In this document: positions 35,005-43,509 of the stretch, in pieces
Position numbering within the stretch: the first letter of the stretch is position 1
Layout of the letters: each line of letters begins with the position of its first letter
From: Pseudomonadota bacterium
Lineage (GTDB): Bacteria > Desulfobacterota > Binatia > UBA1149
NCBI GenBank assembly: GCA_014382245.1
Contig: JACNKC010000054.1
Span: forward strand, 631 to 64,630
Direction: 5' to 3'
Length of the DNA stretch: 64,000 bases
The notes under the pieces: model-generated
What the model saw: the letters and a program-made list of their open reading frames with translations, nothing else
What the model was told of the DNA's origin: nothing
The model's database searches: none
Made by a program: the position numbers and the translations under genes

Positions 35005-36354
35005 ATGGGAGGAGTGCTCCAATCCGTGACAGAAGAAGAACATCCCGACGACCTGCCAGGCCCGGCGCTGCTCGAAATGGCTTATTCGCTGATGCCATCG
35101 TTGATTACGCGGGCGCGCGTGCCGAGCGATATCAGCAGCGTGGAGACCATAGACCACGAGCGCGAGGTGCACCCGGCCGAGGTGGGCGCGGATTCGGTGC
35201 CGCTCGAGAAATCGTGGCAGGCCGCCCGCGACTTGTTTGCCAGTGGCATTCACCCGGCGGTGGGCATGTGTGTGCGTCGCCACGGGCGCATCATACTCAA
35301 CCGGACCATAGGCTACGTGAGAGGCTCGGGGCCGGGTGACCCGGAAGACGTGCCGCCGGTCAAGGTGGGCCTGGACTCGCCCTTCAATATTTTCTCGGCG
35401 TCCAAGGCCATAACAGCCATGGTCATTCACCTGCTCGACGAGCGCCACTTGCTGCACCTCGACGACCCGGTTTGCGAGTACATCCCGGAGTTCAACGCGC
35501 AGCAGAAAAAATGGATAACCATCAAGCACGTGCTCACCCACCGGGCCGGGCTGCCGCATCTCCCCCCGGCGGCTTTTGACCTCGACTATCTCGACGATCG
35601 CGACTGGGTGATCGGCCACCTGGCCGAAGCGCGGGTAAGCGGACGCCCGGGCCGTCGCCTTGCCTATCACGCCATCAGCGGCGGCTTTATCCTGGGCGAG
35701 ATCGTACGTCGCGTGACCGGCAAGAGTATCCGCGAGGTGCTGGCCAGCGAGATACTCGACCCGCTTGGTTTCGAGGGATTAAACTACGGGGTGGCGCCCG
35801 ACAAGCTGGACAGCGTGGTGCGCAATTACCACACCGGCCTGCCCTTGATGCCGCCGGTTTCCACGGTCCTGAAGCGCGCCCTGGGCCTGGACTTTGACCA
35901 GGTCATAGAGATGACCAACGACCGTCGCTTTCTCACCGGCATCGTTCCGTCGGCCAACATCTGCGGCACGGCCGAAGAACTCAGCCGTTTCTACGAATTA
36001 TTGGCGGCCGGTGGCACGCTGGGCGGAGTGCAGGTGTTCAACCCGCTCACCATACGCCGGGCCACGATGGAGCAGTCTTACCTCGAGTTTGATTTCACCC
36101 TGGGCGCGCCAATACGTTACGGCATGGGGTTTTTCCTGGGCGGTGAATGGATCAGCGTTTACGGCCCCGACACGAGCACGGCCTTCGGGCACCTCGGTTT
36201 TACCAACGTACTGGGTTGGGCAGATCCGGAGCGTCGCATCTCGGTGGGGCTGGTGACCAGCGGCAAGCCGGTGTTGTACCCCGAACTGTTCCACGGCTGG
36301 AACCTCTTGCGCTACCTGGGGCAGGCCTGCCCCAGGGTTCGCGAGGTCAACTGA
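35005..36354 (+). CDS. Serine hydrolase, beta-lactamase (class C / penicillin-binding protein-like) family
   Basis: SxxK active-site motif FSASKAITAM, downstream YHA-like (LAYHAISGG) and HxG elements; about 450 aa. Confidence 0.85.
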   Translation: MGGVLQSVTEEEHPDDLPGPALLEMAYSLMPSLITRARVPSDISSVETIDHEREVHPAEVGADSVPLEKSWQAARDLFASGIHPAVGMCVRRHGRIILNRTIGYVRGSGPGDPEDVPPVKVGLDSPFNIFSASKAITAMVIHLLDERHLLHLDDPVCEYIPEFNAQQKKWITIKHVLTHRAGLPHLPPAAFDLDYLDDRDWVIGHLAEARVSGRPGRRLAYHAISGGFILGEIVRRVTGKSIREVLASEILDPLGFEGLNYGVAPDKLDSVVRNYHTGLPLMPPVSTVLKRALGLDFDQVIEMTNDRRFLTGIVPSANICGTAEELSRFYELLAAGGTLGGVQVFNPLTIRRATMEQSYLEFDFTLGAPIRYGMGFFLGGEWISVYGPDTSTAFGHLGFTNVLGWADPERRISVGLVTSGKPVLYPELFHGWNLLRYLGQACPRVREVN

Positions 36355-36430
36355 CCCGGACCCGCTGCGTCCCCCGACAGCGAGGCGGGCCTGCGTGGAT
36401 TCGCAGCCCTCCCGGTGACATAACCACGCT

Positions 36431-36841
36431 GTGAGTACTCGCAGGCCACGCTTCGTATTGGCACTCGTCGTGGTGGCGTTGTCGGCCACGGTTTTTGAGC
36501 TGGGCCGCGTGGCGCTGGCTGGCCCGGCCGACTACTCGCAGACGCTTTTCGGTTGGCGCTTCAGCGGTACCGTGGCCGCGCTTGCCCTGCTCGTTCACCT
36601 GGCGGTGTGGTTGCCCGGGGCCTGGGGGCTGTGGACCCGCCGTGCCTGGGCAAGGTGGCTGGCCATGGGCTACCTGGGCTACCTGCTGGGCTGTTTTATG
36701 ATCTGGGGCGTACGCGATGTTCGCCAGCTGGGTGCTGGCTGGGCGTTGGCCTGGCACGCAGCGCTCGTACCCAGCGCGACTTTCGCGGTGGGTTTCCTCT
36801 GGCAGGGGAAACGTTACTTCGGCGAGGGCGGAGGGGCGTGA
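36431..36841 (+). CDS. Hypothetical small membrane protein (4 predicted TM helices, Trp/Gly-rich)
   Basis: 136 aa, hydrophobic helices FVLALVVVALSATVF, AALALLVHLAVWLPGAWGLW. Its stop overlaps the next GTG start (GTGA). Confidence 0.5.
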   Translation: MSTRRPRFVLALVVVALSATVFELGRVALAGPADYSQTLFGWRFSGTVAALALLVHLAVWLPGAWGLWTRRAWARWLAMGYLGYLLGCFMIWGVRDVRQLGAGWALAWHAALVPSATFAVGFLWQGKRYFGEGGGA

Positions 36842-37338
36842 ACGAGCCGGCGCTCGAATCGACGCTGGTCCGGCTGCAGCGCTCGGCTTATGCGCGCAGA
36901 CTGGGGATCAGCTGCGGCCCTGCTGCCGACGGAGTGCGCGTGAGTCTTCCGTGGAAGGACGACAACACCAGCACTGGCTTGCGCCTGCACGGCGGTGCCG
37001 CGGAGGCGCTTCTCGAAGAGCCCAGCGGTCCCCCGCGGGCTGCCTGGCCGCGCGCCGGTCAACAGGCGCCTTCGGCCTACACTACATCTGCCGATGGTGG
37101 CCGTGGCCCGTCGTCAACACTGGGGCTGGACCTGTCGTTCATCACGCCGCTGGCAGGAGACTGCCGGGCGTTGTCGTGCGCGCTGGGGCGCAGCGGCGAG
37201 GTCGCGACCGGTTGCGTGGAAGGGCGGATGATCGATGCCGACACGGCAGCTATCGATGCCGAATGCCGCCGCCGGGACGTTGCCGTCGTGGGAACGATCA
37301 CTTACCGGTTGCGGTTGTCGCCGGGGAAAACACAGTGA
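36838..37338 (+). CDS. PaaI/hotdog-fold thioesterase family protein
   Basis: GTG start. Motif NTSTGLRLHGGAAEALLEE fits the N-x-x-G-x-hHGG signature of PaaI/YbgC-type hotdog thioesterases; about 166 aa. Its stop overlaps the next GTG start (GTGA). Confidence 0.55.
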   Translation: MNEPALESTLVRLQRSAYARRLGISCGPAADGVRVSLPWKDDNTSTGLRLHGGAAEALLEEPSGPPRAAWPRAGQQAPSAYTTSADGGRGPSSTLGLDLSFITPLAGDCRALSCALGRSGEVATGCVEGRMIDADTAAIDAECRRRDVAVVGTITYRLRLSPGKTQ

Positions 37339-38372
37339 AGGCGGATCGTGGTGAGGGCTTTTCACGGCCGCGGTTGGCCATGGGCGAACGTGGGTTTCCG
37401 TTCGCCGTTACCGTTGCAGCCATAGGAACGCTCACGGCGAGTGGCACGCTGGGCTTCATGTATATCGAGGACCTGGGCTGGATCGATTCGCTGTACATGG
37501 CCGTGATCACGCTTTCGACCGTGGGTTTCGGCGAGGTCCACGAGCTGAGCCAGGCAGGCCGCCTGTTCACCGTCGCGCTGATCGTGCTCGGCATCGGCGT
37601 GGTGCTTACCATAATAGGGGCCTGGGCTCGCGCTCTACTCGAGGGCGAGCTGCAGGCCTACTTCGGGATGCGGAGGACGCAGAGAATGCTTCGCGATTTG
37701 AAAGATCACTACATCGTTTGCGGCTACGGCCGTTTTGGTCGGCGCCTGGTCGGCGAACTTGAACAGAGGGGCGTGAGTTTCGTGGTCATCGAGCGCGAAA
37801 AACCACTGCCCGAGGGCATGCTGGGGATTAACGCCGACGCTACCCGAGAAGAAGTACTCGAGCAGGCCGGTGTCGCGCGGGCCCGCGGCCTGTTGACTAC
37901 CTTTCCGTCTGACGCCGACAATCTCTACGTGACTCTCACCGGTCGGGAGATGAACCCCGGCCTGTTCATCGTGGCGAGGTGTGAGAACGAGGCCAACGAG
38001 GCTCGTCTCAAGCGTGCCGGGGCCACGCGCACGGTGTCTCCCTACAGCATCGCCGGCCACCGCATGGCCCAGGCGGCGCTGCACCCGCGTGTGCTCGATT
38101 TTGTCGACGTGCTCACATCTCCCAGTGATCGCAAGGTGGGAATGGCCGAGGTTGCCATAGCAGAGGGCTCGCTCTGTGACGGGATCAGCCTCGGTGACGC
38201 CGACCTGCGCAGCCGCTTCGGCGTTCACGTGGTGGCGGTCGCGCGCGGCGGCGGCGAGATGGAGTTCAACATTGCACCCGACCGCGTACTCGAGCAGGGC
38301 GATACGCTGCTGGCCATAGGCAATGAGAAATCGATAGAGCTGCTTGCATCCGCCACCGGGTCTGCGCAGTGA
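37335..38372 (+). CDS. Potassium channel protein with RCK (TrkA_N/TrkA_C) domain; 2-TM pore
   Basis: Pore helix plus filter VITLSTVGFGEV (a TVGFGE variant of TVGYGD), then Rossmann-like HYIVCGYGRFGRRLVGEL RCK domain and a C-terminal TrkA_C. Alternative ATG start at 37380. Confidence 0.8.
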   Translation: MKADRGEGFSRPRLAMGERGFPFAVTVAAIGTLTASGTLGFMYIEDLGWIDSLYMAVITLSTVGFGEVHELSQAGRLFTVALIVLGIGVVLTIIGAWARALLEGELQAYFGMRRTQRMLRDLKDHYIVCGYGRFGRRLVGELEQRGVSFVVIEREKPLPEGMLGINADATREEVLEQAGVARARGLLTTFPSDADNLYVTLTGREMNPGLFIVARCENEANEARLKRAGATRTVSPYSIAGHRMAQAALHPRVLDFVDVLTSPSDRKVGMAEVAIAEGSLCDGISLGDADLRSRFGVHVVAVARGGGEMEFNIAPDRVLEQGDTLLAIGNEKSIELLASATGSAQ

Positions 38373-38379
38373 AGGTGGC

Positions 38380-39201
38380 ATGTCGCCCCCCGGCCTGACC
38401 GCGGGCGCCGCTTCGGCGGGTCCCTACAGCTTTTCACGCGTGAACCAGTTCACGCAGTGCGCTCGTCGTTTTCGCTATCGTTATCTCGATGGTGTCAAGG
38501 AGGCTTTCCAGTCAGTTGAGGGCTTCATGGGCAGCCGCGTACACGACGCGGCCGAGTGGCTGTTCAACGAGCGCGTAGATGGCCGCGAACGCTCGTCCGA
38601 GGAAGCGGTGGAGTGGTACTGCCGCCGCTGGGACAAGATGCTCGCCGACCACGTTCCGCCGATTCGTGTCATCAAGGCCAACGACAACATGGAGTACTAC
38701 CGCCGCGAAGGGGCGAGGATTCTCAGCTCCTGGCACGCTACGCGCTTCTGTGTCGACCAGATGAAGACGCTGGGCTGCGAGTACCACTTTGAAATAGAGC
38801 TGGCCAACGGCAGGTTCTTCCAGGGCTTCATTGATCGCCTGGCCAGGGACGACGAGGGCCGCCTGCACATCATCGACTACAAGACCGGCAAGCGCGTCCC
38901 GACTCGATTCGAGGGCAAGGAGGCCGAGCAGTTGCGTGCATACGCGCTGGCGATGTTTCGTGAGACCGACGACGACGAGGTCGAGCTGGTGCTCGATTTT
39001 CTCAAGCGCGGGCGCGTCCTGCGCGCGGTGGTACGCCGCGAGGAAGCCGACGAGATAGAATCCGGGCTGGTGCAGAAGATCGCGGCCATCGAAGCGGCGA
39101 CGGTTTTCCCGCCCGACCCCGGAGTGCTGTGCAACTGGTGCGGTTACAACGACCTGTGCGACGCGGCCTCGGCGGGCCTGTTCAGGGCCCGGGCTTCCTG
39201 A
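38380..39201 (+). CDS. PD-(D/E)XK nuclease family protein, Cas4/RecB-like with C-X2-C-X5-C cysteine cluster
   Basis: Motifs QGFIDRL (D), IIDYKTGK (D/E-x-K), N-terminal Cys (FTQCARRF) and C-terminal CNWCGYNDLC, as in Cas4/AddB-type Fe-S nucleases. No CRISPR array nearby. Confidence 0.7.
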   Translation: MSPPGLTAGAASAGPYSFSRVNQFTQCARRFRYRYLDGVKEAFQSVEGFMGSRVHDAAEWLFNERVDGRERSSEEAVEWYCRRWDKMLADHVPPIRVIKANDNMEYYRREGARILSSWHATRFCVDQMKTLGCEYHFEIELANGRFFQGFIDRLARDDEGRLHIIDYKTGKRVPTRFEGKEAEQLRAYALAMFRETDDDEVELVLDFLKRGRVLRAVVRREEADEIESGLVQKIAAIEAATVFPPDPGVLCNWCGYNDLCDAASAGLFRARAS

Positions 39202-39239
39202 TAGCTGTCTTCTTTCCGGGCCGACAAAGGAGAAGCACA

Positions 39240-39812
39240 TTGGCTAGACTTGATTACCCCGATCTCGACACGCTCGACGAGGAGACCACCCGGCGCCTGA
39301 ACGCGCTTGGCCGGCCGCTCAATATCTTCCGCATGCTGGCCTGGTCGCCGGGCCTGCTGGCCGGTTTCCAGGACATGGGCGCGGTGGTGCTCGGTGGGCT
39401 CGAACTGGACGCGTCGCTGAGAGAGATCGCCATACTGCGCGTGGCCCAGGTGGCAGGTGCCGGTTACGAGTGGGCCCAGCACGTTCCCATAGGCATGGCC
39501 TGCGGTGTGACCCAGGCCCAGGTGGACGCTCTCGAGCAGGGCGCGGCCGACTCCGACGCGTTTTCGGAGTTGGAGCTCGACGTCATCGCGGCGGCAGACG
39601 AGTTGTTGGCTGACGCCCGCCTGGGCGACTCAACCCTCGAAAAACTTTGCGAGGCTCTCGGTGATCGCCAGGTGGTGGAGCTGTTGGTGGCCGTGGGCTT
39701 CTACACCATGGTGAGTCGTTTTCTCGAGAGCACCGGCGTGGAAATCGAGGCTGGCGGCGTGCCCGGCCCCGATGAGCAGCGGCGCGTGATGGATCGCGTC
39801 GGCGACGCCTGA
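39240..39812 (+). CDS. Carboxymuconolactone decarboxylase (CMD/AhpD-like) family protein
   Basis: TTG start 8 nt after an AAGGAG Shine-Dalgarno; ...LRVAQVAGAGYEWAQHVPIG... is the CMD-family CxxH-like helix region. Confidence 0.7.
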   Translation: MARLDYPDLDTLDEETTRRLNALGRPLNIFRMLAWSPGLLAGFQDMGAVVLGGLELDASLREIAILRVAQVAGAGYEWAQHVPIGMACGVTQAQVDALEQGAADSDAFSELELDVIAAADELLADARLGDSTLEKLCEALGDRQVVELLVAVGFYTMVSRFLESTGVEIEAGGVPGPDEQRRVMDRVGDA

Positions 39813-39819
39813 GGCGCGC

Positions 39820-40737
39820 ATGCCCGGGTCGAAAGTGGAACGCATCGGCCTGGGTGAGCGGGGTGACCTGCGCCTGCTCGGCGGATCGCGCGGTGGCAAG
39901 TATCCATCGGGCAACTCGCTGCTGCTCGAAGACGACTTGTGCCTGGTCGTAGACCCGTCGCTCGACGTGGCCGAGGCGGGCGCGTCGGTCACGAGCCGCA
40001 AGGTCGACCTGGTCATCAACAGTCACGCGCACGAGGACCACTTTGCCGGTAACTCCGTCTTTGAAGACGCCGAGCTGCTGCTGCACGAGAACGAGGCCCC
40101 CCTCATGGCTTCGCTGGACGCGCTCATGGCCGCTTACGGAATGGACGAGGAGTTCGATACGCTGTGGCGGCAGGTAACGGTAGACAAGTTCAATTTTCGC
40201 CCGCGTCCAGACGCGCGCTCAGCCGTGGACGGCGAGGTTATCGACACCGGGCGTAACCGCGTCCACCTGCTGCACACGCCCGGCCACACGAGTGGGCACC
40301 TGGTAGTTCGTTTTGAGCCCGACGACATAGTGTTCGTGGGCGATCTCGATCTGACCACCTTCGGGCCTTACTACGCCGACGCTTCTGCGAGCCTGGACGA
40401 AACGGTTGCTTCGCTCGAGATGCTGCGTGACATGGCTCCAGGGTTGCGGGCCTTCGTGAGTTTTCATGAAGCGGGCGTCATAGAAGACGACCTCGTTGGC
40501 GCCGTCGACCGTTACCTGGCCGTGGTCGATCATCGCGACCGGCGCTTGCTCGAGTTGAGCGAAGAGCCGCGCAGCCTGGCAGAGATCGCCCGCGAGTGCG
40601 TGGTGTACGGCAAGCGCTACGAGCACATACCATGGCAGCCCTTCGCCGAGCGAGTGATGATGGAGCGGCACGCCGAGCGCTTGATCGTACGCGGCGAGCT
40701 GACCAGGGAAGAAGATGGCCGCTTTCGCCGCGTATGA
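39820..40737 (+). CDS. MBL fold metallo-hydrolase
   Basis: VINSHAHEDHFAGN (HxHxDH), LLHTPGHTSGH. Confidence 0.85.
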   Translation: MPGSKVERIGLGERGDLRLLGGSRGGKYPSGNSLLLEDDLCLVVDPSLDVAEAGASVTSRKVDLVINSHAHEDHFAGNSVFEDAELLLHENEAPLMASLDALMAAYGMDEEFDTLWRQVTVDKFNFRPRPDARSAVDGEVIDTGRNRVHLLHTPGHTSGHLVVRFEPDDIVFVGDLDLTTFGPYYADASASLDETVASLEMLRDMAPGLRAFVSFHEAGVIEDDLVGAVDRYLAVVDHRDRRLLELSEEPRSLAEIARECVVYGKRYEHIPWQPFAERVMMERHAERLIVRGELTREEDGRFRRV

Positions 40738-40746
40738 GCCAGGCGG

Positions 40747-41145
40747 CTATCCGCCCGCGAGCTCGAGCAGCAGGCCGGCTGGATCCCACCAGGACATCAA
40801 CGCGCGGATCTTACCGTCGTCGTTGAACTCGAATACGTCGATGCCTTCGCAGTCGGTCTCGCTCGACTCAGCGGAGGCAGTACCGGTCCAGTAAACGGCC
40901 GCGCCGCCCCTGCTCTGCAGCACCCGCTCGGGACGCCGTTGGTAGGACGAGAACGGCCCGGTGAACTGCTTCCACAATTTGGTTATTGCCTCGCGGCCCT
41001 CGGCCGCTGGCGAGTCGACGGGGTCGTGCACCACCGCATCGGTGGCAAACAAGTCGAGCCAGGCGGCGAGGTCGCGCGAGGCCTGGGCCTTGTAGAGCAG
41101 GTCTATTGTACGGGTGATGGAGGGGTCTTCTAGGGTTGTATCCAC
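40747..41145 (-). CDS. NTF2-like / SnoaL-like (ketosteroid isomerase-like) domain protein
   Basis: 132 aa; ...IDLLYKAQASRDLAAWLDLFATDAVVHDPV... typical SnoaL_2 start. Confidence 0.6.
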   Translation of the reverse strand: MDTTLEDPSITRTIDLLYKAQASRDLAAWLDLFATDAVVHDPVDSPAAEGREAITKLWKQFTGPFSSYQRRPERVLQSRGGAAVYWTGTASAESSETDCEGIDVFEFNDDGKIRALMSWWDPAGLLLELAGG

Positions 41146-41484
41146 AGGCTCTGCCTGCCCGCAGATGGCTGCCGATTCAAGCCGAGTATACGCTTGGCCG
41201 CCTGTCTTGCGGGCTCCCGTAGCTGCTCCACCGGCAAAGCCGCGTGTTTTGCGGGCTTTTCGCCGACGTGGAAAAATGCAATAAGAAACACGTACTTAGG
41301 GAGAACCATCCACTTGGGGGGGCAGCCCAAGGCGGCCTCCACCCCTGCCTCGCCGAACAGCGCTCTGCTAAATCGCGGGCAAGCCGAGCCTGCTCGGGGG
41401 TCGGTGCGAAAGAGACTGGGATTCGCTCTGCAAGTGGTGCAATCTTGAGTCACTGCCATTCTCCTTCACACGAACTACGGCAGG

Positions 41485-41518
41485 GGGAGCCTCGCTTCGG
41501 AGAGGCTCCCTTTTTTTT
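41485..41518 (+). terminator. Rho-independent terminator (9-bp GC stem GGGAGCCUC/GAGGCUCCC, 8-nt loop, U8) on the plus strand, not preceded by any plus-strand gene
   Basis: GGGAGCCTC-gcttcgga-GAGGCTCCC-TTTTTTTT read directly. The minus-strand version lacks a U-tract, so it is unidirectional. Confidence 0.7.
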
Positions 41519-41644
41519 GGCCTTCCTCTTTGCGGAATAATACAGCAAAAATAAAGTAAAGGGTGGGGGCACCAGGTTGAGGGGGCATAGCTGTCGGCCC
41601 CCTGGCTTGTGTACCGCGGCTGACCCGTCTAGCACGGCACTGTT

Positions 41645-43000
41645 ATGGCTCAATCAAATCCTGATCTTCTCGTCATCGGTGGCGGCAGCGGTGGACTGGC
41701 CGCGGCCAAGCGGGCGGCGTCTTACGGCGCGCGCGTACTGTTGGTCGAAGGCGACCGCCTGGGCGGCACCTGCGTCATACGCGGCTGCATTCCCAAGAAG
41801 CTGATGTTCTTTGCGGCCTCGTACGCCCACTCGGCCCACGACGCGGCCGCTTATGGTTGGCGATCCAGCAGCCCGGCCGAGCTCGACTGGCCGGCACTGG
41901 TGGCCGCTCGCGACGCCGAGGTAGGCAGGCTCGAGGGCGTGCACGAGCGCTTGCTGGCCGAGGCCGGCGTGGAGTTGCTGCACGGCAGGGCCAGGCTTTG
42001 CGGTCCGGGCAGCGTGCAGGTGGGTCGCCGCGAGATAAAGGCGGACAGGGTGCTGCTCGCTACCGGCAGCCGGCCCGCGCTGCCCACGCTGCCGGGCGTG
42101 GAGCACGCGATTACCAGCGATGGGTTTTTTGAACTCGCCGAACAGCCGGCGAGAGCGGTGGTGGTCGGTGCCGGCTACATAGCCGTTGAGCTGGCCGGCG
42201 TATTATCGGCGCTTGGTACCCACACCTCGCTTGTCTACCGGCGTGGGCTACCACTTCGCGGCTTCGATGAAGACATCCGCGCCGAGCTGGCCGAGCGCAT
42301 GGCTGATTCGGGTATAAAACTCTGTGCAAACAGCGTGGTTGAGGGCATAGAACACGGCGATGGCGGGTTGACCGTGCAGTTAAAAAGCGGCGACCAGGCG
42401 CCGGAGATCACGAGCGACGTGGTTATTTATGCAACCGGGCGTAAGCCCAACACCGAGGGCCTGGGCCTCGAAGCGGTCGGCGTGGCCACGGGGGCGCAGG
42501 GGCAGGTGCTGGTGGACGAGGGTTTGCGTAGCAACGTCGAGGGGGTGTTTGCGGTGGGCGATCTCACCGGGCGCGTGATGCTGACACCGGTGGCCATACA
42601 GGAAGGTCGCGCGCTGGCCGACCGCGAGTTCGGCGGCAAGGACAGCGAGATGGACTACGAGGGCATACCCACGGCGGTGTTCAGCGAGCCGCCCATAGCC
42701 AGCGTGGGTCTGAGCGAAGAACAGGCCCGCGAACGCTGGGGCGAAAACGGCGTACGCGCCTTCAGCACGCGCTTCAATCCGCTATTGCACTCGCTCACCG
42801 GTCGCCGCGCACCGGTGTTCATGAAACTGGTCGTGCGCGAAAGCGACGACACGGTGGTGGGATGTCACATGACCGGACCCGACGCGCCCGAGATCATACA
42901 GGGCGTAGCCGTTGCCATGAAGGCCGGCGCCACCAAGGCCCAGTTTGACGCCACGGTGGGCATTCACCCGAGCAGCGCCGAAGAACTCGTCACCCTCTGA
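41645..43000 (+). CDS. gor: Glutathione-disulfide reductase
   Basis: FAD motif LLVIGGGSGGLAAAKRAA, redox-active disulfide GGTCVIRGCIPKK, NADPH motif, C-terminal HPSSAEE. Confidence 0.9.
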   Translation: MAQSNPDLLVIGGGSGGLAAAKRAASYGARVLLVEGDRLGGTCVIRGCIPKKLMFFAASYAHSAHDAAAYGWRSSSPAELDWPALVAARDAEVGRLEGVHERLLAEAGVELLHGRARLCGPGSVQVGRREIKADRVLLATGSRPALPTLPGVEHAITSDGFFELAEQPARAVVVGAGYIAVELAGVLSALGTHTSLVYRRGLPLRGFDEDIRAELAERMADSGIKLCANSVVEGIEHGDGGLTVQLKSGDQAPEITSDVVIYATGRKPNTEGLGLEAVGVATGAQGQVLVDEGLRSNVEGVFAVGDLTGRVMLTPVAIQEGRALADREFGGKDSEMDYEGIPTAVFSEPPIASVGLSEEQARERWGENGVRAFSTRFNPLLHSLTGRRAPVFMKLVVRESDDTVVGCHMTGPDAPEIIQGVAVAMKAGATKAQFDATVGIHPSSAEELVTL

Positions 43001-43020
43001 AGGGGATCACGCTCCTTCGA

Positions 43021-43404
43021 TCAGTGCAGGGTGCGCGGCATGTTCAGCTCGAAGCGGGGTATGCTCACCCGGAAGCTCTCGCCATCCTCGCCTATCATGC
43101 CGTAGCTGCCCTGCATGCTGCCGTCGGGGCAAGCCAGTATCGCACCGCTGCTGTACTCGTGCTCTTCGCCTGGTTCGAGCACCGGCTGTTCCCCGACCAC
43201 GCCTTCGCCTTCTACTTCGCGCACCGAGCCGTCCTGCTCGCTGATAACCCAGTGGCGGTCGAGCAGTTGCACGCTGCGCTCTGACTGGTTGCCAATCGTG
43301 ATGTGGTAGGCAAACACGTAGCGGTCCCGGGCCGGGTCGGACTGTTGGGCAATGTAGGCAACCCGTACCGCAATTTCGATTCCTTTTGTGATTTCACTGG
43401 GCAC
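43021..43404 (-). CDS. apaG: ApaG (DUF525) protein
   Basis: 127 aa; ...YVFAYHITIGNQSERSVQLLDRHWVI...G..F.Y.S... matches the ApaG family. Confidence 0.85.
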   Translation of the reverse strand: MPSEITKGIEIAVRVAYIAQQSDPARDRYVFAYHITIGNQSERSVQLLDRHWVISEQDGSVREVEGEGVVGEQPVLEPGEEHEYSSGAILACPDGSMQGSYGMIGEDGESFRVSIPRFELNMPRTLH

Positions 43405-43509
43405 AGGCCCTTTCTAGCAGCTGCTGCCGCCCGTGCGCAATCGAGTGCGTGCAAGCCGGGCCGTCGCGGACCTGTTCCGTGGGCAACGCCGCTGTGGCAA
43501 GCTATCCCC

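Noticed and set aside
36717-37334. Upstream extension of the K+ channel frame (track ORF 36717..38372) and 5' part of track ORF 36553..37338.
   Set aside because: The region is better explained by a separate GTG-initiated hotdog thioesterase (36838..37338) and the channel starting at 37335/37380. The extensions overlap the preceding membrane-protein gene.
41130-41459. 109-aa minus-strand ORF and 84-aa plus-strand ORF (41194..41448) inside the NTF2-gor intergenic region.
   Set aside because: The two overlap each other. The minus one overlaps the NTF2 gene start. Cys/Arg-rich translations lack motifs. The region is more parsimoniously non-coding (terminator-ended transcript).
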